Of a DNA stretch of 64,000 nt, positions 10,242 to 20,057 are shown one piece after another. The notes beneath the pieces are model-generated. The model worked only from the letters and a program-made list of their open reading frames with translations, searched no databases and was not told the DNA's origin. The stretch spans positions 1-64,000 of the forward strand of contig JANRKO010000080.1 in the NCBI GenBank assembly GCA_033763455.1, written 5' to 3'. The position numbers and the translations under genes were made by a program. Numbering within the stretch: the first letter of the stretch is position 1; each line of letters starts with the position of its first letter. The stretch is from Polyangiaceae bacterium. GTDB lineage: Bacteria; Myxococcota_A; Polyangia; Polyangiales; Polyangiaceae.

Positions 10242-11153
10242 ATGCTTCCTGCGTTCGGCGACATGCCGCAAGTCGACTTGCTCGCGGACATGGCCGCGTT
10301 CCCGTTGACTGCGTTCCCTGTCAAGAACCACCACCCGTTTGGCCTGCATAGCCACGGATCGCTGGTGGAGCTTGTGGTAGTGACGCATGGTAGCGGCAAG
10401 CACCTGCTCGAAAAGGGCTCCTTCCCCATTCGCCCGGGCGATGTCTTTTTCGTGCCAGCTGGGCTTCGGCATGGCTATGCAGATTGCAACCAGCTGGGGT
10501 TGGTCAACGCAATTTTGGATCCCGCACGTCTAGATCTACCAACGCTGCAGCTTAGGCGCATCCCTGGCTACAATGCCTTGGTTTCGCTTGAGCCGGAGCT
10601 TCGATGCCAGCATCGCTTTGAAAGCCGCCTGCACTTGGAGGAGAGCGTATTGCGCGAAGTGGTCGCGCAGCTCTGGGAGATGTACCAGGAGCTGCTGGCA
10701 AAAAAGCCCGGATACGAGCTCGTGGTACTGAGCCTCTTCACCGTGCTACTGAGCAAGCTCGCTCGCAAGTATGCAGAGCTCACAACACCCTCCTCGCAGG
10801 GCCTTACGCGACTCTCTGAATTGCTGGAGTGGCTGGATTTGCACTACCGTGAGCCAATCACAATTCCAGATCTTCTGCGCCGTGCGCACATGACGCGGAG
10901 CACACTGGAGCGCCATTTTCACGCTGCGTTCGGTGTGGCCCCTTGGACGTACGTGAGAGATTTGCGCCTGCGCAAGGCTTCGTTGCTACTCCGCAATACC
11001 GATGCGTCCGTGGGTGAGGTGGCGGTTCAGGTGGGGATGAAAGATGCCAATTACTTCTCTCGGGCGTTCCTCAAGTACACTGGTTTGAGCCCTACTGAGT
11101 ACCGTCGGCGGTCGGAAGCCAACGCTGTTGTTCCCTCCTTGAGTCCCGGTTGA
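10242..11153 (+). CDS. AraC-family transcriptional regulator (RhaR/RhaS-like, N-terminal cupin)
   Basis: Cupin HSH...ELVVV...GSGKH; C-terminal double HTH ending VGMKDANYFSRAFLKYTGLSPTEYR. Confidence 0.92.
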   Translation: MLPAFGDMPQVDLLADMAAFPLTAFPVKNHHPFGLHSHGSLVELVVVTHGSGKHLLEKGSFPIRPGDVFFVPAGLRHGYADCNQLGLVNAILDPARLDLPTLQLRRIPGYNALVSLEPELRCQHRFESRLHLEESVLREVVAQLWEMYQELLAKKPGYELVVLSLFTVLLSKLARKYAELTTPSSQGLTRLSELLEWLDLHYREPITIPDLLRRAHMTRSTLERHFHAAFGVAPWTYVRDLRLRKASLLLRNTDASVGEVAVQVGMKDANYFSRAFLKYTGLSPTEYRRRSEANAVVPSLSPG

Positions 11154-11202
11154 GTATCGATGCACGTTTCCCGTGCGCGTGTTATGTACCACCCCCTACG
11201 CG

Positions 11203-11233
11203 GTGGAGGGGTGCTAGAGTGCCCTCCACTTTG
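11203..11233 (+). terminator. Possible hairpin/terminator after the araC-family gene
   Basis: Inverted repeat GTGGAGGG (11203-10) / CCCTCCAC (11222-29) followed by a short TTT. Confidence 0.35.
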
Positions 11234-11270
11234 ACGCCCATATCCAGAGTGACCTCCATATGCTAGAGGT

Positions 11271-13037
11271 ATGGATCAGCCGCGTTTTCGCACGAGTGGG
11301 CAGCTGTTGGGCTCCACGCTCCTTCCTGTGGCGCTCTGCCTCGCGTGTACTGGTTCGGTGGGTTCTCCGAATGCTCGGAGGCAGCCTTCAACGAACGGTA
11401 CCCCGACAGATGGAAGCAACGTCGCGGCCGGAAACGGCACTGGCACTGGAGGTTCGGTGGGCGTCCCTGGGACTGGCGGCGCGGGCAACATGGGCACGGG
11501 AGCCACCCCCGCCACGGGAGGCCAAGCGCCTTTCGTTATCCCTGCCGGCGCTCCTGGCCCGACTGCCCTACGCCGCTTAACGAACGACGAGTATCGCACC
11601 ACGGTGCAGGAGCTCTTGGGGCTTGCCGCTCCGCCGGCTGACCCCTTGCAGCCTGAATCCCGCCAGCTTGGCTACAACAATTTTGCCTCTGTGCTCACCG
11701 TGCCAGCCGTCTTGGGCTCGCAATACGCAACGATGGCTGCGCGGCTTGCGAACGAAGCGGACATTTCGAAGCTGGCGCCCTGCGCGGCTCCCGCCGCAGA
11801 GTCAGAATGCGCGTACTCCTTCATTGACGCGTTCGGCAAACAGGTGCATCGCCAGCCGTTAACCGCCAAAGAGCAGCAGTCCTATCGTGGCCTCTACGAC
11901 CTAACTCGCACCACGGACACCTACGAAACGGGCATACGCCACGTCTTAGAGGTAATGCTCCAATCCCCTGCGCTGCTCTATCGCATGGAGTACGGCAGCG
12001 GCGCAGCGGAGCGCACGCTCTCCCCGTACGAAGTTGCGTCCGAGCTTTCTTACCTCTTCACCGGTACCAAGCCCGATGCCGAGTTGATGCAGGCTGCAGA
12101 CACCAATGCTCTCAGCACCCCCGCACAAATTGAGGCACAGGCGCGCCGCTTGCTCGCTCTGCCCCGCGCTCAAACCAGTGTTGGTAAGTTTTTGGAGCAA
12201 TGGTTCTTAGTTTCGGATCTCAGCCAGGTAGTCAAAGATCAAACCCTATTTCCCTCCTTCGCCACAGCACAGAAAGCTGCAATGGCAGCTTCCACGACGC
12301 GTTTCGTAGCGTCGGTGGTGGGTGAGGGCGATGGCACGGTGAAAAGCCTACTTTCCTCGCCGTTCGCTTTCGTGAACAGCAGCTTAGCGCCGGTTTATGG
12401 CGTTGCCGACCCTGGCCAGGGAGATACGCTCGTCAAGGTGGATGTCAGTGGGGTGAGCCGCGCGGGAATGGTCACTCTGCCCGCGGTGCTTGCCGTTCAG
12501 GGTAAGCAAAATGAGTCAGACCCGGTGAAGCGCGGCAAGTTTGTACTTACGCGCTTGCTCTGCTTGTCGTTGCCGCCGCCCCCGGCCAACGTCAAGATAG
12601 ATCCCCCCGCACCTGATCCGAATCTTACCACGCGCGAGCGATTTGCCGCCCACGCCGCGAACCCGTGCGCTTCCTGCCATACCCTTCTAGATCCGGTTGG
12701 TTTCGGCCTTGAATCGTATGACGCGATCGGTGCCTATCGAACCGTGGAAAATGGGCGCCCCATAGATGCAAGCGGGGAATTGAAGGGCACAGACGTAGAC
12801 GGCCCGTTTAATGGCGGTCTTGAACTAGCCACCCGGCTTTCCACAAGCGCACTCGCGCGACAGTGCGCGGCCACGAACGCAGCGCGTTTCGTCTACGGGC
12901 GGCCCGAGATCGAAACTGACACCCAACTCGCTGCCACACTCGAAACCCAGCTTGGAGCGTCGGGCATGGATGTGCGAGAGCTGCTCGTGGCTACCACCAA
13001 ATCACCGAGCTTTACCACGAGGACCTTCGTGCCATGA
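11271..13037 (+). CDS. DUF1592-family (DUF1587/1595/1592/1588/1585) lipoprotein with a CxxCH motif
   Basis: Lipobox LCLAC; LRRLTNDEY, LSPYEVASELSY, DPVKRGKFV, CASCH, DPVGFGLESYDAIG motifs. Confidence 0.9.
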   Translation: MDQPRFRTSGQLLGSTLLPVALCLACTGSVGSPNARRQPSTNGTPTDGSNVAAGNGTGTGGSVGVPGTGGAGNMGTGATPATGGQAPFVIPAGAPGPTALRRLTNDEYRTTVQELLGLAAPPADPLQPESRQLGYNNFASVLTVPAVLGSQYATMAARLANEADISKLAPCAAPAAESECAYSFIDAFGKQVHRQPLTAKEQQSYRGLYDLTRTTDTYETGIRHVLEVMLQSPALLYRMEYGSGAAERTLSPYEVASELSYLFTGTKPDAELMQAADTNALSTPAQIEAQARRLLALPRAQTSVGKFLEQWFLVSDLSQVVKDQTLFPSFATAQKAAMAASTTRFVASVVGEGDGTVKSLLSSPFAFVNSSLAPVYGVADPGQGDTLVKVDVSGVSRAGMVTLPAVLAVQGKQNESDPVKRGKFVLTRLLCLSLPPPPANVKIDPPAPDPNLTTRERFAAHAANPCASCHTLLDPVGFGLESYDAIGAYRTVENGRPIDASGELKGTDVDGPFNGGLELATRLSTSALARQCAATNAARFVYGRPEIETDTQLAATLETQLGASGMDVRELLVATTKSPSFTTRTFVP

Positions 13038-14416
13038 GCAATCCCTCTCACCCCTTGTCTGTAAGAAGCGGCTCTATGTCGAAATCCCTCATCAAGCGCA
13101 GAAGCCTCCTTAAAGCGCTGGGTGGTGCCAGCTTTCTAGCCGCGCCTGTGTTCCGAGCTTCACTGGCCGAGGCGCAGGCGGCACCGGTGCGTTTGCTCGT
13201 GTTGTACTTCGGTGGCGGTGGGATGCCGGGTAGCGAATACAGCGGCTTCACCTTCGACAAGGTGTTCTCGCCCCTTGCACCGTACAGCTCAGATATTCTC
13301 CTCCTGCAGAATATGAAGGATCCCCAGAGCAGCGGCGGGGTTGATTTCGGCCATGGAGGAGTGCGGGTTGCGCTCACCGGGGACGGCAGAGGTATCGAGG
13401 AGGACGTATTTGCGTTTGTTCCGCCGGGCATGACGTCCATTGACCAGACTATTGCGCAAAGTGTTGGCAAAAATACGAAATTTGCTTCGCTGCAATTCGG
13501 CGTCATGAGCGGTGGAGGTATCTCTGGGGAGGGTTGGGATCCCGTAAGCATTGTCTACTCCAATGGTGCCCCCGTGACGGCGGTGCAGGATCCGCAAACC
13601 ATGTTCACCCGGTTATTCAGCGGCGGAACGCCAGCTCCTGGCCCGGCTCCCACTGGATCTACGCCTGAAGATGCGGCTGCGTTAGCCAAGCTAAAAGCGC
13701 TCGCCGCGCAGCGTCGAAGCATGCTCGACATTCTGAAAGGTCAGGTGACCGATATCCAAGGCCTCGTGGGTTCTGCGGAGAAGTTGCGGCTGGAGGAGCA
13801 CCTGGCGTCACTCCGTGAACTTGAAAAGCAGATCATGGACCCGGCGGGTGGCCCGGGCGGTGGCCCCGCGCCCACCCCAGGCGCCTCATGTGCTGCTCCC
13901 AGCCTGGGATCGGGAACCGACTTCCCGGCGCTAAGTGCCACGATGAGTGAGCTGCTCTTCCAATCCATCAACTGTGACTCAACTCGCGTTGCCACCTTTC
14001 AGTTGGCCAACAGCGGAAGCCAGATGGTCTTCACGTGGCTCGGCCAAAATACTTCGCACCATGACATGCAGCATGCGCCAACCCCGGATCTGCTGGTTGC
14101 TCAGACCTGGTTGATCTCCCAGATTGCGGTCATCATCAAGCGCCTCAAAGACACCCCGGAAGGCGCGGGAAGTATGCTCGACAACTGCCTCGTGTACGTC
14201 ACGTCCGAGATGGGGGACGGTTCGTCGCACACCAACAACCCAGTGCCGGTGTTGCTGGCCGGTAAAGCTGGAGGTCAACTCAGAACTGGCCGCACGCTGG
14301 ACATGGGCGGCAAGGCTCGTACTAACCTCTCGCTCAATTTGGCGAACATGATGGGTGTGCCGCTCACAACGCATGGCGATCCAGCATGGATTACAGGGCC
14401 GCTGAACCTCGGATAA
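13034..14416 (+). CDS. DUF1552-family protein, Tat-exported
   Basis: KRRSLLKALGG twin-arginine signal; SIDQTIA, LEEHLASLRELE, CDSTRVAT, SMLDNCLV, PVLLAGKAGG; usual partner of DUF1592. Confidence 0.9.
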   Translation: MSNPSHPLSVRSGSMSKSLIKRRSLLKALGGASFLAAPVFRASLAEAQAAPVRLLVLYFGGGGMPGSEYSGFTFDKVFSPLAPYSSDILLLQNMKDPQSSGGVDFGHGGVRVALTGDGRGIEEDVFAFVPPGMTSIDQTIAQSVGKNTKFASLQFGVMSGGGISGEGWDPVSIVYSNGAPVTAVQDPQTMFTRLFSGGTPAPGPAPTGSTPEDAAALAKLKALAAQRRSMLDILKGQVTDIQGLVGSAEKLRLEEHLASLRELEKQIMDPAGGPGGGPAPTPGASCAAPSLGSGTDFPALSATMSELLFQSINCDSTRVATFQLANSGSQMVFTWLGQNTSHHDMQHAPTPDLLVAQTWLISQIAVIIKRLKDTPEGAGSMLDNCLVYVTSEMGDGSSHTNNPVPVLLAGKAGGQLRTGRTLDMGGKARTNLSLNLANMMGVPLTTHGDPAWITGPLNLG

Positions 14417-14494
14417 TCTAAAAGCGCTCAGTTCGATTTGTGGCGAGTACCTGTGTGGGCCTCGTGGGGCCGCGGGGTGCGGGTGAGCACTCAA

Positions 14495-14552
14495 CCGGTG
14501 CCGGTGTTGCTGGGGCATGGCTGGCGGCCAAGTTCGTACGGGTCGTACCTTC
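14495..14552 (+). pseudogene. Frameshifted remnant of a second DUF1552 3' end
   Basis: Reads PVPVLL / (frameshift) GMAGGQVRTGRTF versus PVPVLLAGKAGGQLRTGRTL in the adjacent gene (14240-14299). Confidence 0.6.
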
Positions 14553-14758
14553 GGCGCTGCCATGAAGACGGCGCGGATCTGCCATCAGCCTCTCCTGAGT
14601 CAATTTAGCACCCGCGTTTGATTGCCGCTTTAGTGCTAGCGCAGCGCCAATTTTGACGCACGTTTTCAGCCGACAACAGCTACGCTGAGCATTTCCAGTC
14701 CGAGAAGGATCGGACCGGAGAAAAGCAGAAAGTTGTTAGGCTAAGAGCGGAAATCCTT

Positions 14759-15664
14759 ATGCGTATCCCCGAAATGAAATTGGCTGAAGTGTGGGATCGA
14801 GGCTTCAGTGTAATCGAAGGCTTTCTTGACAAGGAGACGCTCAAGGAGGCGCAGGAAGGCTTGTGGAGCCTTTATCCGCGCCCAGAGGAGTACTTCGCGA
14901 ATCCGGAGAAGTACGCGAAGTTTTCGAGCACTCAGTTTTCGGGGTTGGAGTTGTTTCCGTATCCAGATTGGGCTTTGAATCGCTTGTGCGTACATCCGGA
15001 TTTGATTGATGGCGCCGAGCGCTTTTTGAGCAGCAAAGACCTCGAAATCTACAAGGTGGAGCTTTGGGCAAAGTACTCGGGTGCTATCAATTACGATCAG
15101 CCCCTTCATCGCGACTATGGTAACCACTCCCTCGTGGTGCCGAGGGCTGATGGCGCCAACACCCAAATGACGACGTTTATCCTGCTTTCGGACGTCACTG
15201 AACACGATGGGCCCACCAAGCTCGTGCCACTCGAGTACAGCCGAGACGTACCCAACTGGCCGGTGTGGCCCGCAACGACGGCTGCGGAGCTGCGAGAGAA
15301 GGAGGTAGCTGCAACAGCTCCCGCCGGCTCCCTGATGATCTACAAGACGGACGTGCTGCATCGCGGCTCCGAATTTACGCTTCCGAATCGTTCGCGCTTT
15401 TGCCTCCTGGTAGATTTCCAGGAACGCGGCCTACCGTGGACAGGCAAGATGAGTTGGCCAAGCCGCGCGCTCAGCCCCCTCATGGGCCAAGCTCTTTCGC
15501 GTATGACTCCACGCCAGCGAGATCTCTTTGGTTGGCCTCCCGCCGGTAGCCCCTACTGGAACGAGCAAACACTGCGTGACGTCGGCCTGCGCTACCCGGA
15601 AATGGATCTATCCCCGTACGCCGCGGGTGCACCGCGATCCATGCGCAAGGTGCAGGGGATCTAG
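14759..15664 (+). CDS. Phytanoyl-CoA dioxygenase (PhyH)-family Fe(II)/2OG oxygenase
   Basis: GFSVIEGFL start, HRD (HxD) and distal LHRG facial-triad motifs, conserved Arg in NRSR. Confidence 0.85.
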   Translation: MRIPEMKLAEVWDRGFSVIEGFLDKETLKEAQEGLWSLYPRPEEYFANPEKYAKFSSTQFSGLELFPYPDWALNRLCVHPDLIDGAERFLSSKDLEIYKVELWAKYSGAINYDQPLHRDYGNHSLVVPRADGANTQMTTFILLSDVTEHDGPTKLVPLEYSRDVPNWPVWPATTAAELREKEVAATAPAGSLMIYKTDVLHRGSEFTLPNRSRFCLLVDFQERGLPWTGKMSWPSRALSPLMGQALSRMTPRQRDLFGWPPAGSPYWNEQTLRDVGLRYPEMDLSPYAAGAPRSMRKVQGI

Positions 15665-15710
15665 CAGGCGCGTTGGGTTTACCGGGCGCCTTTTCCGTGG
15701 GTGGGTTCTG

Positions 15711-16601
15711 CTACACGTGAGCCTTGAAGCCATCGAGGCCAGGCGTAGTCGTGTCGAGTGTGAAGAGGGAACCTGCGAGTTGATCCGACTCGTCGGTGAG
15801 TATGCTTGCCGTGGTAATAAATAACGTGCGGAAGTCTGTGCCTCCAAACGCGCAAGTGGTGACGTTGCGGACGGGCAATTCGAGTACCCGATCTATTCGA
15901 CCTTCGGGCGTGACTCGCACGACGCAGCTGCCGCCAAATCGGCAATTCCACAAGCAACCCGCACTATCCACCGTCGAACCGTCCGGTGCGCCGCGTTCGT
16001 AGCCAGAAAAGAACGGGCGTTCATTCTGGATCTCACCCGTGTCCGAGTCGTAATCATAAGCCCAAATCATGTTCTCCTGGGTATCTCCGAAATAGAATGT
16101 GCGTTCGTCAGGCGACCAGCACACAGTGTTTGAGATACCCAGCTTAGATTTATGCGTCGTGGTGGGTGCACCGCGACGTACTCGAAAAAGCTCGCCGAGG
16201 CCGCGTTCGGCCTCCACCATTTCGCCGCGTGGGCCCACGTTGTTGGCCATTGAGCCCACCCAGAAGTCGCCGTTGGGTGCTGCTCGCCCGTCGTTGAGGC
16301 GAACCTTCGGCCACGACTTCAGGTGAAAGCCTTGGTCCCTCCGTTCATTGGTATCAGCTCGCCATAGGATCAGGCGTGAGCCTAGCGCCACCAAGAGCTC
16401 GCCTTCAGTATCGGTCAATGAAAGCGCGGTCACCGGCTCTTTGAAGAACCAGCTTTTCACCCCTCCGTCAGCTCCCATTCGGTGGATAAGAAACCTGTTA
16501 ACGTCGCACCAATAGAGCGCTTGCTCGCTGGAACTCCAGGTTGCTGCCTCGCCGCAGCGATCGCCTATCGGGGAAATACACTGAAGATCTGCGTCCGACA
16601 T
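15711..16601 (-). CDS. SMP-30/gluconolactonase/LRE family protein
   Basis: CGEAATW, RLNDG, GISNTVCWSPD, GAPDGSTVD, TTCAFGG motifs. Confidence 0.92.
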   Translation of the reverse strand: MSDADLQCISPIGDRCGEAATWSSSEQALYWCDVNRFLIHRMGADGGVKSWFFKEPVTALSLTDTEGELLVALGSRLILWRADTNERRDQGFHLKSWPKVRLNDGRAAPNGDFWVGSMANNVGPRGEMVEAERGLGELFRVRRGAPTTTHKSKLGISNTVCWSPDERTFYFGDTQENMIWAYDYDSDTGEIQNERPFFSGYERGAPDGSTVDSAGCLWNCRFGGSCVVRVTPEGRIDRVLELPVRNVTTCAFGGTDFRTLFITTASILTDESDQLAGSLFTLDTTTPGLDGFKAHV

Positions 16602-16779
16602 GGGCGGCAGCCTACTCCAAAGGGGGCCAGATTCGGGGACAAAACTAGCCCTCAAACACCACCTTTTTCGCTGTTGGGCTGGCGTAGATCGAGCCGAAAC
16701 CTGTTACCACCTTACGGTGCCGGCCGGGGCTGTAGGCCGGTGAGGCGTGTTAGCGGCGCAACACGTTTGCTGCACCAGC

Positions 16780-17160
16780 TCAGTCCCAGACGGCGTGTCT
16801 GAAGTTTTCGCGAATTGCCTGATCGCGGGTGACCAGCACGTTTTTTGCGAGGCTAGCTTGAGCCACGATGAAGCGATCAAACGGATCTCTGGTCCAAGAT
16901 AGAGCACGCGCTGCCTCTGCCACGTCGGCAAAGGGAAGCGGACACGTTTCAAGCTCGAAAGATTCGCGCAGCGCATCGATGAACGAGTTAGGGCTCACAT
17001 TGAGCCGCCCAATTTCGCGAAGCATTTGCAGTTCAAGAATAACCGCAGGGGAGATGCGAATCTTCTTTGCTCGGCGCAGAGTGTTGGCCGCGCTGCGGGG
17101 CAGCTTCTTGGCCGAATGAGTGATGAGAACCGCAACGTGCGTGTCGATATAGGCGATCAC
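16780..17160 (-). CDS. vapC: PIN-domain (VapC-like) toxin
   Basis: YIDTH, SPAVILE, RDPFDRFIVAQA, LVTRD PIN acidic motifs; GTGA overlap with the antitoxin stop. Confidence 0.88.
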   Translation of the reverse strand: MIAYIDTHVAVLITHSAKKLPRSAANTLRRAKKIRISPAVILELQMLREIGRLNVSPNSFIDALRESFELETCPLPFADVAEAARALSWTRDPFDRFIVAQASLAKNVLVTRDQAIRENFRHAVWD

Positions 17161-17396
17161 GGGCGCCACTCCCGGGACCAATCGATATCCAAAATATCAT
17201 CGACATCCCCATTTACCCACTCGGGGCGTGGCGTCGGCCAAGTGAAACGTTTTCTCGGCGCGTCGCTTTCGCTTTCGCTTTCATCGACGCAGATGAGAAG
17301 CCGGCGCCCATTGCGCTCGATCGCGACGGGCTTACCCGATAGGAGCACTTGATCCAGCACGCTGTAGAGGTCGGCTCGCAGCTTGGTGGCGTTCAT
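17157..17396 (-). CDS. Phd/YefM-family antitoxin
   Basis: MNATKLRADLYSVLDQV...GKPVAIERNG Phd/YefM N-terminus; acidic C-terminus; directly upstream of the PIN toxin. Confidence 0.85.
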   Translation of the reverse strand: MNATKLRADLYSVLDQVLLSGKPVAIERNGRRLLICVDESESESDAPRKRFTWPTPRPEWVNGDVDDILDIDWSREWRP

Positions 17397-17442
17397 TGCG
17401 CGAACCGGTAGCGAAATTGGACCTGAAATGTGCTCATTGTGA

Positions 17443-17472
17443 AGTGATAACGTACGTACGTACGTACGTCAA
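17443..17472 (-). promoter_or_regulatory. Sigma70-like promoter of the TA operon; spacer is an (ACGT)5 palindromic tandem repeat
   Basis: Minus strand TTGACG-17 nt (TACGTACGTACGTACGT)-TATCAC, about 50 nt upstream of the antitoxin ATG. Confidence 0.6.
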
Positions 17473-17611
17473 GCAACTCGCGAAGGATCGCCGGTGCGAG
17501 CGTGCAATCAATGCTTCAGAATCGGCTTCGTGATCACTTAGGAGGCTGGAGAATTTAGTCACGTCGGAACACTGGCTCCGCGGATGGCGCAAATGTATAC
17601 GTCTTGCCCAT

Positions 17612-19621
17612 ATGCCAACGGTTGCGCAGCAGACTCACATGCATGTCGGTGTTGACTACTATCCCGAGCACTGGCCGAGGGCCCGCTGGGAGACGGACGC
17701 TAAGCTGATGAAGAAGGCTGGGTTCAACACGGTGCGGCTCGCCGAGTTTGCCTGGGTGAAGATGGAACCCGAAGAGGGTAAGTATGACTTTGAATGGCTG
17801 GATGACGCCCTAGCGGTTCTGGGCAAGCAGGGGATCTCGGCGATCTTAGGCACGCCCACCGCGGTTATGCCGGCATGGATGGCGCACAAGTACCCTGAGA
17901 CGCTTCTTACCAACAAAGGCGGGGACCGTGCCGTTTGGGGTGTGCGCAAGAACAACTGTTTCACAAGTGGTGCGTACAGGCTGCTTTCGGATCGCATTAC
18001 GCTGGCCATGGCGGAACACTATCGCGACAACAAGTCTGTGATTGGTTGGCAAACGGACAACGAATTTCATGGTGGTGGGCAAGCTTGCTACTGCCACACG
18101 TGCCGCGCGGAGTTTCAGGAGTGGCTCCGCAAAAAGTATGGCGACATTGCCTCCCTGAATCAGCAATGGGGTGCCCATTTCTGGGGCCACCTTTATCGCG
18201 AATGGTCGGAGATCCAGCTGCCGGTCGACACCTCAGGGCACAACCCGGGGGCGTGTTTGGATTGGCACCGATTCGCATCATGGACCAACGTGCGCTTCCA
18301 GGCTGATCAAGTGCGGATATTGCGGCAGCATTGCCCTAAGCATTTTATCACGCACAATTTGATGGGCTTGTTCAAAGAGCTCGACTCTTTTGACCTCGCT
18401 AAGGATTTGGATTTTGCGAGCTGGGACAATTACCCGGTATGGGGAGATCAACCAGAGCTATCGCATTCATCCGCTCTTGCGGCCGATCTGATCCGCGGGC
18501 TGAAGAAGAAGAACTTCTGGATCATGGAGCAAACGGCTGGCCCCTGCGGCTGGGGTACCTTTGCTCGCAACCCACGCCCCGGGGAGATCCGCACCGTTTC
18601 CTATCAGCAGCTAGCACATGGTGCTGATGGGCAGATTTGGTTTCGTTGGAGAACCTGCACCGCGGGACGTGAACAATATTGGCACGGGCTCCTAGGGCAT
18701 GACGGCAAGGCACTCCGGCGGTACGACGAGGCTGCCCAAGTAGCGAAAGAATACCACCGCCTCTGGCCGCTCTTGGAGGGCACAACGGTGAAGTCTGACG
18801 TTGCCTTCATCTATGATTACGACAGCCTTTGGGTCACCATGTTCCAGAAGAGCTTCAATGGTAATGATTACCAAGCCTCTTTACTGCGTTGGTACAAGGC
18901 CCTCAGCAGGGCGGGGGTAAATGCTGATGTCGTTTCTTCGGGCGCTGACCTGAGCTCATATCGCCTAGTTTTTGCGCCTAATTTGCATGTTTTGCCCGAT
19001 GCGCTTGCGACCCGTTTGTTGGCGTACGTAGCCGCGGGTGGCGTGCTTTTGTGTGATTGCCGCACGGGTGTGAAGACAGAATCGAACCTCTGTTGGGATC
19101 GTACATTACCGGGTGCCTTGGCGCCGGTACTTGGCATCGAGATTGAGGAGTATGGTGCGCTCGACAACAATCAAGAGTTCTCAATAGAGGGTGAGAGCGA
19201 GCTGCCAGGTAGCTTCAACATTCACCAATATGTGGATTATGTGACTCCGAAGTCCGCTCAGGCGCTGGCCAGACACACTGCCTGGTTCTTAGAAAGCTTT
19301 GCGGCAGTCACGCGCAATGCGTATAAAAAAGGATCGGGCTGGTATGTAGGCGTCATCTCGAAGGATGATGCCTTCTATGCCGCGGTGACGGAGAAGCTGC
19401 TGGCGGACGCCGGGATTAAGCCGGTGGTTCGCCCCCCGCCAGAGGTTGAAGTCTCAATAAGGCAAGGGAAAAATTCCAAGTTGTTGTTCGTGATCAACCA
19501 TTCGGAGAACAAGAAAACTGTGAAGGTTCCGAAGGCCAAACTGGAGCTGCTCTCCGGTGTGATGACGACCGATACTTTGGAACTGGATCGCTTTGGGGTA
19601 GCGGTTATTCAGCTGCGCTGA
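17612..19621 (+). CDS. GH42 beta-galactosidase
   Basis: GVDYYPEHW, RLAEFAW, acid/base TDNE, Zn-binding CYCHTC, SWDNYP, nucleophile IMEQ, FRWRT...EQYWHG, trimerisation domain. Confidence 0.95.
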   Translation: MPTVAQQTHMHVGVDYYPEHWPRARWETDAKLMKKAGFNTVRLAEFAWVKMEPEEGKYDFEWLDDALAVLGKQGISAILGTPTAVMPAWMAHKYPETLLTNKGGDRAVWGVRKNNCFTSGAYRLLSDRITLAMAEHYRDNKSVIGWQTDNEFHGGGQACYCHTCRAEFQEWLRKKYGDIASLNQQWGAHFWGHLYREWSEIQLPVDTSGHNPGACLDWHRFASWTNVRFQADQVRILRQHCPKHFITHNLMGLFKELDSFDLAKDLDFASWDNYPVWGDQPELSHSSALAADLIRGLKKKNFWIMEQTAGPCGWGTFARNPRPGEIRTVSYQQLAHGADGQIWFRWRTCTAGREQYWHGLLGHDGKALRRYDEAAQVAKEYHRLWPLLEGTTVKSDVAFIYDYDSLWVTMFQKSFNGNDYQASLLRWYKALSRAGVNADVVSSGADLSSYRLVFAPNLHVLPDALATRLLAYVAAGGVLLCDCRTGVKTESNLCWDRTLPGALAPVLGIEIEEYGALDNNQEFSIEGESELPGSFNIHQYVDYVTPKSAQALARHTAWFLESFAAVTRNAYKKGSGWYVGVISKDDAFYAAVTEKLLADAGIKPVVRPPPEVEVSIRQGKNSKLLFVINHSENKKTVKVPKAKLELLSGVMTTDTLELDRFGVAVIQLR

Positions 19622-19654
19622 CGGGGTTAGGCGGGCGTGACAAGGCCATATCTG

Positions 19655-20044
19655 CTATGGCTGATTGATCATGTGAGTGGCCATTTGCATGAAGGCGGCA
19701 GTAAGCTCTTCCCTCAACGTAAGATCGGTGACCACATCATCCAGCGCCTTTTGCATACAAAGCATCCATTGATCCCGGTGTCTTGCGCTGATGGCAAACG
19801 GCAAGTGGCGTGCACGAAGGCGAGGGTGTCCGTACTTTTCAATGTAGAGGGAGGGCCCGCCAAGCCAACCGCTTAGGAACAGCCGTAGCTTTTCGCGTGC
19901 ACGATCTAGATCATCGTGAAGCGCCAGCGTCTCAGCCGCCTCAGGCAGCGCTTGCATGTGGTGATAGAAACGATCCACCAGGCGCCCAAGTGGCTCAGCG
20001 CCGCCCAGCAGATCATAGGGCGGGAGCGGTTCGGTATTGGACAT
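19655..20044 (-). CDS. Group II truncated hemoglobin
   Basis: YDLLGG, LVDRFY, FLSGWLGGPSLY, GHPRLRARHLPF, RDQWMLCM motifs. Confidence 0.93.
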   Translation of the reverse strand: MSNTEPLPPYDLLGGAEPLGRLVDRFYHHMQALPEAAETLALHDDLDRAREKLRLFLSGWLGGPSLYIEKYGHPRLRARHLPFAISARHRDQWMLCMQKALDDVVTDLTLREELTAAFMQMATHMINQP

Positions 20045-20057
20045 AGCGGATGCTCAC

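Noticed and set aside
17450..17469. (ACGT)5 and the TGTTTCA cluster at 23001-23050 as CRISPR-like arrays
   Set aside because: The units are far too short, there are no unique spacers and there are no cas genes.
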